This document shows, piece by piece, positions 9,711 to 21,300 of a DNA stretch of 64,000 bases. The stretch covers positions 14,781 to 78,780 of the forward strand of contig JBJXGI010000099.1 of NCBI GenBank assembly GCA_046153645.1, read 5' to 3'. The notes under the pieces are model-generated. The model did not search any database. It was not told where the DNA came from and was given only the letters and a program-made list of their open reading frames with translations. The DNA comes from Elusimicrobiota bacterium (lineage in GTDB: Bacteria; Elusimicrobiota; Elusimicrobia; F11). The translations under genes and the position numbers were made by a program. Positions within the stretch are counted from its first letter, which is position 1. The number at the start of each line of letters is the position of its first letter.

Positions 9711-11162
9711 ATGAATGCAAAAATTAAGTTTGGAACTGACGGATGGCGTGATGTTATCGCCGATGGGTTTACTTTTGGGAATTTAAAGAATGTTGTTCAG
9801 GCCACCTGCCAATATTTAAAAAAGACCTCAAAATCAAAATATGTTTTGATCGGTTACGATAATCGGTTTTATTCCGATCAATTCGCGAGAATCGCGGCCC
9901 AAGTTTTTTTAGCGAACTCATTTAAAGTTGAGTTATCGGATGCTGCTGTCAGTTCTCCTGTCATGTCATGGAATACAAAAAATAAAAAGGCAGCCTTGGG
10001 TGTTATGATCACCGCTAGTCATAACCCGGCGATTTTTAATGGATATAAACTAAAAGGGTCTCATGGTGGATCTGTCGATGAAAAAACAACGCTCCAAATT
10101 GAGGACTTATTAGATTTGCCTTTAAACTGGGATGAATCCATCGTTCCGAAAACCACCGATTTTGTTGAAAGTTATATAGGCCAATTAAAAAAATGGGTTG
10201 ACCCCAAAAAACTTAAAGGTTTAAAAGGAAAAATTGTTTTTGATTCTATGCATGGTCCTGGTGGAGAAATATTTAAGGAATGCGTTGGAAGTTCTTTTGA
10301 TGTTTCTTACCTTCATAATAATAGAGACCCTCTTTTTGGTGGAATAAATCCTGAACCCATTGAGGAAAACCTTCTTCCTTTAAAAGCTGAAATGAAAACA
10401 AAATCAGCTGTTATTGGAATCGCTGTAGATGGAGACGCTGATCGTATTGGTGTTATTGATGAAAAAGGCCGCTATTTACCGCCACATACTGTTATGCCAC
10501 TTTTACTCTGTCATTTGGTTAAGAATAAAAAAATGAAAGGGAAAGTTATCCAAACTGTTTCGATGGGATATATTAATCAGCGTATTTGTCAAAAATATGG
10601 TCTGGCCTTTGAAGAAGTACCGGTTGGATTTAAAAACATCGTTCAAAAAATGTTAATTGAAAAAGTGTTATGGGGAGGAGAAGAATCTGGTGGATACGGC
10701 GTTGGCCTTTGGACACCGGAGCGCGATGGTTTAATGTGCGCGCTTCTACTGATTGAGATGCTGGTTATGGAGAAAAAACCTTTATCTCAAATCGTTGATG
10801 AAATGAGTTCTCAATTTGGATCTTCCCATTTTAAAAGAGTTGATTTTCATTTAAAAGAGTCAGTGAATAAAGCGGATTGGACAGTTTTTATTCAATCTCA
10901 ATTAAAGCCTGAAATTTCTGGGCAAAAAATAAAATCTGTGAATAGTTCTGATGGAATAAAAATTATAACGGAAAATGATTCTTGGGTTCTTATGCGCCCG
11001 AGTGGAACTGAACCGCTCATTCGAACTTATTCTGAATCGGATTCAATGGCCACCGTTGATGCTTTATTGAATGAGGCCAAACGACTTGTTTCAATTCAAT
11101 ATCCTCCCAAGAAAATAGAATCAAAATCGGGAACAAGAAAAAGTCGAAAGCCGAAAGAATAA
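9711..11162 (+). CDS. Phosphomannomutase/phosphoglucomutase (alpha-D-phosphohexomutase)
   Basis: Active-site TASHNP motif and the metal-binding region AVDGDADR. Confidence 0.85.
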   Translation: MNAKIKFGTDGWRDVIADGFTFGNLKNVVQATCQYLKKTSKSKYVLIGYDNRFYSDQFARIAAQVFLANSFKVELSDAAVSSPVMSWNTKNKKAALGVMITASHNPAIFNGYKLKGSHGGSVDEKTTLQIEDLLDLPLNWDESIVPKTTDFVESYIGQLKKWVDPKKLKGLKGKIVFDSMHGPGGEIFKECVGSSFDVSYLHNNRDPLFGGINPEPIEENLLPLKAEMKTKSAVIGIAVDGDADRIGVIDEKGRYLPPHTVMPLLLCHLVKNKKMKGKVIQTVSMGYINQRICQKYGLAFEEVPVGFKNIVQKMLIEKVLWGGEESGGYGVGLWTPERDGLMCALLLIEMLVMEKKPLSQIVDEMSSQFGSSHFKRVDFHLKESVNKADWTVFIQSQLKPEISGQKIKSVNSSDGIKIITENDSWVLMRPSGTEPLIRTYSESDSMATVDALLNEAKRLVSIQYPPKKIESKSGTRKSRKPKE

Positions 11163-11274
11163 ACACTTCTGCTTTAATTTTAGTTTTAATTTTGTTATCT
11201 TTTAGACATCTTTCCGCTGGTATTTTTCCAATACATAGATAATAAGGATCGAAAATGACCTTAAGGAGGTTCAT

Positions 11275-13720
<2,446 letters not shown>

Positions 13721-13807
13721 AAATAATAAATATAAGTTGAATTATCGATCCAAATCCTATAAATAGAGGTGTTGTTATTTTTATATTATTTATAGGAGGG
13801 GTCTTCG

Positions 13808-14746
13808 ATGAAAAGTTTCTTCAAAATTTCAGTAGCTACCCAAGCTATTCTTTTGACGGGCTTTATGATTTTTTCCGGATGCAAAAACGGAAATTTAGCC
13901 GGTTTTCTCAATGATAGTGGTTCTGGTGGAACCGCCGCCACATTATCTGATGCGAATTTAGCGTTAGCAGAAGGAAATTACTCTCGATCTCTTGAACTGT
14001 ATAATTCCATTTTAGTTCATGACCCGAATAACTCCGACGCTCTATATGGCGCTGCGGCAGCAGAGTTGGGATCAAGTGGGCTTGATTTTGGTCAGTTGGT
14101 TTCCAATTTGGTCACGAATTCTGCACTCCTCGGCTCTTCAGTTAAAAATATGGGTGACTTTATCAGTCAAGGAAACCAACACCCCTCTTCTTCAATTAAT
14201 TGTGCTGGACTAAATAGTATTCTTCTCGGTATAAACTGCGAAGCTTTAAATGCAGTTATTGACCGAGTTATTTGTCGCTTACAAAAGATTGCTTCCGGTG
14301 GAGCCACTGGAACAATTACTTCAAATGATATTCCTACCTTGGTTAATTTTGGTGTCACTTGCCTTATTAGAGCCATTCTCCGCCCATTAAGAGCCGGATT
14401 GTTAGACATCAGAAATAATAATGGTGATTTTGCAATTGTTTATTCCGTGGATATGACCACAGCTTGTAATCAACAACCAACAGTTATTACTGGAATGGTA
14501 AGCGATATTGCCGGCGCTTATTCACTGTTTAATAAAGTTGTTAACTTATTAAACCTTTCTCAGAATCAAGTTATTCGACAATTGCGTGATGACATTGATA
14601 CTGTTGGAACCAAGATGTTGACTACCGGTGGGCCCAATGCCATGCCAGCGGCCTGTTTAAATTTACTACAAACCAATCTTGGAATTAACGTCAGTAATTT
14701 CAAAACCCGTTTGGAGGCATTTGATCCTCCTGCTTCTTCGTGTTAA
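13808..14746 (+). CDS. Hypothetical lipoprotein
   Basis: Signal peptide ending in a FSGC lipobox. AGGAGGGG RBS. No recognisable catalytic motif, and the N-terminal region is TPR-like. Confidence 0.5.
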   Translation: MKSFFKISVATQAILLTGFMIFSGCKNGNLAGFLNDSGSGGTAATLSDANLALAEGNYSRSLELYNSILVHDPNNSDALYGAAAAELGSSGLDFGQLVSNLVTNSALLGSSVKNMGDFISQGNQHPSSSINCAGLNSILLGINCEALNAVIDRVICRLQKIASGGATGTITSNDIPTLVNFGVTCLIRAILRPLRAGLLDIRNNNGDFAIVYSVDMTTACNQQPTVITGMVSDIAGAYSLFNKVVNLLNLSQNQVIRQLRDDIDTVGTKMLTTGGPNAMPAACLNLLQTNLGINVSNFKTRLEAFDPPASSC

Positions 14747-14758
14747 GGAGAAATATAT

Positions 14759-16097
14759 CATGAATATAAAAAAATATTTGTCTGGTTTATTGTCTTTCGG
14801 ATTACTTTTTTCATCTTCCCTCTATGCTGAAGAATTGCCGGTCTTTATTCAGTTTGTTCGGCCTCTGGGGATGGGGGGAGCGTTCACAGCCGTGGCTGAT
14901 GATCATAATGTGTTTACCTATAATCCTGCTGGAATGGTTCAGCGGACAGGGGCTCAAACAACAATTCTTGAATTGGCGGTGGGCGCCTCTCAAGATTTTA
15001 AAGATGCAACAGACTTTGTCAAAGATAATGAAGATGATTTAACGAACTTCGAGAATCTTTCCTCAGCCAGGCAGTCTCAACTGGTTAATGAAATTTCGAG
15101 AACCATCTCTAAATTAAATCCAAGATTATACGCTGCTTCCGACATTGCATCATTTGTTTCAGGTCCAAAGTTTTTTGGAATACCCATTCATGGTGGATTG
15201 GGTGCTTTTGGATCTGTTGATGCCTCATTTAAATTGGAATCGGGATTAATTCCTAGTATTTCTTATCAAATCAACAATGATCTTTTATTCCCACTTTCTA
15301 TCGCTAAAAGATGGGAGGCTCCTTGGATTATTCCCGGAAAAATGGGAGTAGGGCTCACAGGCAAGATAATAAGGAGAAATCAAGTTTCTCAAAATAGATT
15401 GAGTGTTCTCCAATTAGATGATTTAGAGACACCGCCAGTCCAAAGTGGGGTTGGTTTTGGAAGCGATTTAGGATTTTTATTCCAACCAAATGACCGGTTC
15501 AATATCGGGCTTATGGTTCAGGATTTCCTAGGAACAAAAATTAAGTACGATTCTCTGGCAGCTGAGAAAGGATTTGCGGCTCAACCAGAGAGAGACACTG
15601 TTATTCGTCCTCGTACAAATTTAGGATTTGCGGTTGTTCCTAAAAAATTATTTTGGTTACTTCCTACCAGCGATCGATGGACATTGGCCTTCGATGTGCG
15701 AGATATTCTTACTGATAACGAACACGTGATGTTTGAGAGAGGGTTAAATAAACCTTTAGGAAAGAATTTTTGGACACATATGCATATGGGAGCGGAATTT
15801 AGATATTGGTTCTTGCGATTTCGAGGAGGAGCCAGTCAAGGTTATCCCACAGCAGGTTTGGGTTTAGATATTCCCATCTTGAAAATTGATTATGCCTTTT
15901 ACTCCAGGGAGTTGGGTGAGTTGGCAGGAGATATTCGAGAAGAAAACCATATTATTTCCCTTGCGCTTCGATTTGGGTCAGGGGCTACGGAGTCAAGAGA
16001 ACGAATTAAAAATGCCCAGGGTAAAGGGAATGTGGTTCCTACCACTGGAGAAGACGTTTCTCCTCAACTAGATCAAGTAATCGAATCTCCAAAATAG
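14759..16097 (+). CDS. Outer-membrane beta-barrel protein, FadL/TodX/PorV-like
   Basis: Signal peptide MNIKKYLSGLLSFGLLFSSSLYA. The segment VRPLGMGGAFTAVADDHNVFTYNPAGM resembles the N-terminal hatch region of the FadL family. Start set at ATG 14759, which follows an AAGGAG RBS, rather than the track's 14679. Confidence 0.45.
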
Positions 16098-16098
16098 A

Positions 16099-17181
16099 TT
16101 AAGCTGTTTTTCTCATACGAAGCCATAAGTACAGAGCAACGGAAAAGAAAACAATATTGCCTAACCAGGCCCCTGCCCAAGGTGGAATAACCCTTTGGGC
16201 AAGGGCTTTTCCAAATTGAATGAACCCGAGATAAAAAAGGGTTAGTGCTAACCCGGCTGCAATACCAATTGCTCTATTTCCTTTTCCAGACATCGCCAAC
16301 GGTATTCCCAAAAAAGTAACAATAAAACAAGCAAACGGAAATGCCGTTTTCATAAGTAGTTCTACTTCTAATTTTCTGACCGGTACACCCAATGCGGATA
16401 ATCGTTTAATATGACTCTTTAATTCATGCGAATTCATTTGTTCTGGTTGAGGTTCTTGAATGACGAAATTAATTGGTTTCTCATTAAAAGGAAAACTTTT
16501 TTCTATGAAGTTTTCATTTGAAATAATTTTTAGTCCTTCTGCATCAAATTTTCTTACCGCGCCTTTTTCAAATTTCCACCCAGCATCCGTTTTTTTCGCG
16601 CTTTGAGCATCAACTTGAAAATCTAATTTTTTGTTTTCATAGCAGTCAACGACAACTCGAATCATTTCTCCTGTTTCTTGATTTAAAATTTTAGTCGACC
16701 AAATCCTCCCATCATTGCCAGCTACAAATAAATCTTTAAATATGGTTTGTTTCCCTTCACCGAGACGACGTATTTCATTTTGATAAACCATGGTGGCGTG
16801 TCGGGTTGCGGGTGGAATAATCGTCTCATTGGCAATAACGCCTAAAATGGAAATGAAAAATCCCGCAAATAAGATGCCGGATAAGAATTTCTCTGGCGCA
16901 ATTCCGCCAGCCAGACCTGCTATATACTCTTTGGTGCGAGAAAGATTTCCTACAACAAAGAGTGTCGCTAATAAACAAGCGACGGGAAGTATTTGAAGTG
17001 CCTGGAAAGGAAGTGAAGTTAACAAGTATCCTAAAACGTGTTTTAGACTTACGTGATCTGCTATGAATCGATCAAGTCGATCAAAAATTTGAGAGACAAA
17101 AATAAGAACGCATAAGGCCGAAAACGAAGCGATAAATGGTCTGATAAATTTACTCAAAATGTATCGATTAAGAATGTTCAT
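16099..17181 (-). CDS. lptG: LPS export ABC permease LptG (YjgP/YjgQ family)
   Basis: A 3 + 3 TM architecture with a large periplasmic beta-jellyroll insert. Paired with an overlapping paralogue upstream. Confidence 0.75.
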   Translation of the reverse strand: MNILNRYILSKFIRPFIASFSALCVLIFVSQIFDRLDRFIADHVSLKHVLGYLLTSLPFQALQILPVACLLATLFVVGNLSRTKEYIAGLAGGIAPEKFLSGILFAGFFISILGVIANETIIPPATRHATMVYQNEIRRLGEGKQTIFKDLFVAGNDGRIWSTKILNQETGEMIRVVVDCYENKKLDFQVDAQSAKKTDAGWKFEKGAVRKFDAEGLKIISNENFIEKSFPFNEKPINFVIQEPQPEQMNSHELKSHIKRLSALGVPVRKLEVELLMKTAFPFACFIVTFLGIPLAMSGKGNRAIGIAAGLALTLFYLGFIQFGKALAQRVIPPWAGAWLGNIVFFSVALYLWLRMRKTA

Positions 17182-18263
17182 TTTTTAAATAACCTGAAAG
17201 ACAAAAACCCACCAATAATAAGACATGTAATGTTAGCAATCCAAACAGACAATATGGCCGGAAGTCTTTCTTTTTCCGCCATGGTAAGCCCTAATATGAG
17301 AAGCAGATAATAAGTGAAAATAATAACAACAGAAATTCCGAAACTGAAAGATTTTCCACCCCTTTTTAAAACAGTGGCAATAGGAACCCCAATAAGCACC
17401 AAACAAAAAGGAGCAAACGCAATGGCCAATCTTAATTGTTGTTCGGCTTCTATGGGACCTGTTGGAAGTCCTTTTGATTTCAAATCTTTTTTTAGTTTTC
17501 TTAGTTCTTTATTCAATAAACTTCTAAATCTAGTATTTTTACTTGTTTCTTCAGCGTTAAGCGGGATCGATAAATCATATTTCTTAAATGTAATATGCAT
17601 AAGCCTAGCGGGCATGTCAGCGTCATATCTTTGCCATTGGCCATTATTGAGTTCTAGTCGGAATGTTTTTCCATCGGTTTCTATTTTCCCGGATCGCGCG
17701 TAAATCCGTTCAGCCGGAGCGCCAGCGCCGCTTGTTTGATACACAAAAACGTCCTCTAATTTATTAATTGTTTTGTCTACCCGCTCGGCATAAAGTTTGA
17801 TGTTTTTAATATTAAAGAATCGTTTTGCTTCGATGTTAATAAGAGGGTCAGCGCTAATAATTTTTTCATAAATGAGTCTAAATCCCTGATTTGAGCGGGG
17901 AGCCAAATATGAATTAAACGGAATCATAATAAAACTAAGGAACAGCGCAAAAAAAAGAGGAAGCCAGAGTGCTTTAAACAATGAAATCCCTGCTGCACGC
18001 ACTGCATTTAACTCGTTTTCTTCCGATAGTCTTCCAAAGGTAACAAGGCATGCCAATAAAAGAGCCATGGGAAATGTCAGTGGCAAAATTGTAGGAATGA
18101 ACATTAAAAATAGCTTTCCAACAATGAGCGGGTTTACCCCTTTATTAAAAAGGAGGTCAACGATGTCAAAAAGTTTGTCTAACATAAGCACAAACATGAA
18201 AAGAACGGACCCAAAAAAGAAAGATGGGATAAATTGTCGGAAGAAATAAACGGACAAAATCAT
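17178..18263 (-). CDS. lptF: LPS export ABC permease LptF (YjgP/YjgQ family)
   Basis: Same architecture as lptG, with a 4-nt overlap between the two. Confidence 0.75.
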   Translation of the reverse strand: MILSVYFFRQFIPSFFFGSVLFMFVLMLDKLFDIVDLLFNKGVNPLIVGKLFLMFIPTILPLTFPMALLLACLVTFGRLSEENELNAVRAAGISLFKALWLPLFFALFLSFIMIPFNSYLAPRSNQGFRLIYEKIISADPLINIEAKRFFNIKNIKLYAERVDKTINKLEDVFVYQTSGAGAPAERIYARSGKIETDGKTFRLELNNGQWQRYDADMPARLMHITFKKYDLSIPLNAEETSKNTRFRSLLNKELRKLKKDLKSKGLPTGPIEAEQQLRLAIAFAPFCLVLIGVPIATVLKRGGKSFSFGISVVIIFTYYLLLILGLTMAEKERLPAILSVWIANITCLIIGGFLSFRLFKK

Positions 18264-18373
18264 GTTTAGATTCTATAAAAACAAGAGTCAACTTCCGTTT
18301 TTAATTATTGTTAAAACAGCTTGAAAACATAAGCATTTGATGATACCCTGGCCAAAGGAAATGGTGGCAAATT

Positions 18374-21300
18374 TTGCTCGGTAACAAAAATATATATCGA
18401 ACTCTTTTTTTCTTTGGGGGATTGCTTTTGGGTCCCTCAATAAGTGTTTTCTCACAAAGCGCTAACGATTCTTCTCGTTTTCGAATCGGCGAATCTTTAG
18501 AACCTGAATTAGAACCAGAAAAAAACCTTCCTGATGTTCCTTTTGAATTTGATTTGAAGAAGTGGAATACTATGCGTCGTTCAATTGAAGGTGAGTCGGC
18601 AATTGAAAAAAAAGCTCAAAGTGTTCAAACTTCTTCAAAAACAGTAACTTCTGAACCACCCAAACCTGCTCCTGGCTTAATTAATGTTGAATTACCCTAT
18701 GAATCGTCTTTATCTGTGACGGGAAGAAAAGTCATTAAACTTGATATTACCAATACTCAAATTACCAAAGAACGCGCCAGTGAACTGGGTGGAAAACAGA
18801 ATGCTCAAACCTTTTCCATGGAACAAGAACTCCAGGCTCGAATTCAGGGTACTGTGGCTCGCAAAACAACAATTAATGTTAATTTCGATGACACCAAAGA
18901 AAATGTGCGAGATTTTTCAGTCGTCTATAAAGGTGATCCCGATGAAGTTGTTCAAGAAGCCGCTTTCGGTGATATTGTTTTGTCTCTGCCCTCTACTCAA
19001 TTTGTTAATTACAATAAACAATTGTTTGGATTAAGGACGGCGCTAAAATACAAACAATTTGGACTCATGGCCATCGGATCAAGAACGAAGGGGACAACAG
19101 AAACAAAACGGTTTACTGGTGCTACGACTCGTCAACAAGTATTTGTAAATGACACCGCCTATATTCGTCGGAAATTTTATGACCTTACTTTTTCCACTTC
19201 ACCAGCCATGCTTTCTGGTCCCCTCAGTGGAAAAACCATATTGCCAATTAATGATGCTGCCGTAGAAGTTATTTATATTGAAGATACGACAGGGCTTCTT
19301 CCTTTTCCTCAGGCTCAGAATTATGACATAGCCACTCCAACTGCTCCCGCGACAACAATTAATATCAGGATGCGTCAGTTATCGAGAGGGGTGGATTATA
19401 GTATCGATCGAATTCGTGGAATCGTTACCTTTACCAATACCATACCTGAAGATTCACGCGTTGCTATTGATTTTACATTGGCCAGTGGAGAACGACTGAG
19501 TTCTTTGGTTGCCGGTGGTGTTGGGGTTCTCATTAAAGATAAAAATCCTGAAACAGCAGGAGTGAGTCAAGAAATTAAGCGTTTTTATTTCGTTGGCGCT
19601 AGAAATATTAATCGTGATAATGGCTTGGGAAATTTTATTTTTAAAGTTTTAGATAAAAACCGAGACACTGAAATCGGTAATACTTTAGTTCCTATTCAAC
19701 GTTATCCTGACACTATTGAGATGAAATTTGAGACCGGAATCTTCGAACTTGAAAGAGAACTTTCTTTTAGCGATTTATATCTTTCTAATATCAATACAGG
19801 CAGTCCATTATTTGCGGTATTTTCAGTTGAATATCAAGCTATTCTTAGAACCTATACCTTAAGGCCCAACATCGTCTTGCAATCTGAATCAGTGAGTGTT
19901 AATGGTCGGAAGTTGGCCCGAGATTTAGATTATTTTATTGATTATGATATTGGGCTTATCACTTTTTTTAATGAAGATCTTATTCGAGAATCAACTGAAA
20001 TTGAAGTGACCTATGAATTTGCGCCGTTTGGTGGCGTTTTGGGGGAAACTTTGGTAGGCGCCAGAGGCATGTGGGATGTTGCTTCTCGTTCGAGACTTCC
20101 TGGCGTGGGATTAACAAAATGGTCCGCCGGTTCTACTGTTCTCTATAATTTCGCCACAAAGCCAACCTCGCCTCCCGATGTTCGATCTTCAGCAGCAAGT
20201 TTGTTGGTGACTGAAGTTGATAGCACCATTGAAGGCTTTAAAATCGGCAAAATTCCTTTTGTTTCAAAGCTTTCCATTGAAGCGGCACGGTCATCACAAG
20301 ATCCTAATCTTTTTGGCCGAGCCCTTATTGATTCCATGGAGGGCGTTAAACAAGAGGATTCCTCTCCCTTGTTGAGAGATTCTTGGCTGGTCGCTTCTAA
20401 CCCACTTTTTGGAACGCATAATCTTGTTACTGATTTTAGAGGAAGAGACATTGCTCTGAGTCATCTGCGATGGGATGAAGGAGATACTTTAACCTCGGAT
20501 ACTAATGATGGTGGAACAACTCAAAAAGCTCTAACCATTGGATATAGTTTAAACACCCAAAACGGTACCACGCCTGAGCAAGTTTCAATGGTTAATATCA
20601 TTTCTCTTTCTGGACGAGACTTTTCAAAAAAATCCACTCTCGAAGTAGAGGTTGAAGGGGCGGGCACTGAAGGTGCGGGTGTTGATCTTATTTTTGATTA
20701 CGGTAGTTTCAACGAAGATGCTGACTCCGATGGGGTTTTAGATACTGAAGATCGAATTCCATTTGATGGAACCTTAAACTTAGGTGAAGACAACGGCTGG
20801 TTATTTAACGGACCAGGAAATGATTTATCTATTACTTCGTCGGCAGATAACACATCGATCGGAATTGGAGCGGGAAATGCCCGTCTTGACGCGGAAGACT
20901 TAAATGGGGATCGAGTTTTAGGAACAACGGATTTTCCAGCTACTTTTTCACCTTTATTTAAACTTTCAAACGGTTTACAAGATTCGCAGGGAAACACCGT
21001 TAGCGATTTAAGTTTTACTGGGCGGAAACTTTTTCAAATTCCTATTAATTTAAATTCATTATCTGCTGAAGAAAAAGCACGGTTAACAGCCGTTCGTCAG
21101 GTTCGATTAACGATTAGAAATAATAATGGAGCTGCTGTTTCAAAAAGTGGAAGTATTGTTTTGGTTCGTCTTTCAATGGTGGGAAATTCATATGAGCCTG
21201 CCACATTGTCAGATACCGTTTTAAGTACGATGACCGTTCGTGGGATTAACACGAAAGATGATGCTGGAGTTTACAGCACAATCATCGGAAATGGAGATTA

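Noticed and set aside
11163-11274. Possible SAM riboswitch upstream of metK
   Set aside because: The intergenic region is only about 110 nt, AT-rich, and lacks the conserved SAM-I/SAM-II helices and motifs. It holds only an RBS and a GTG start.
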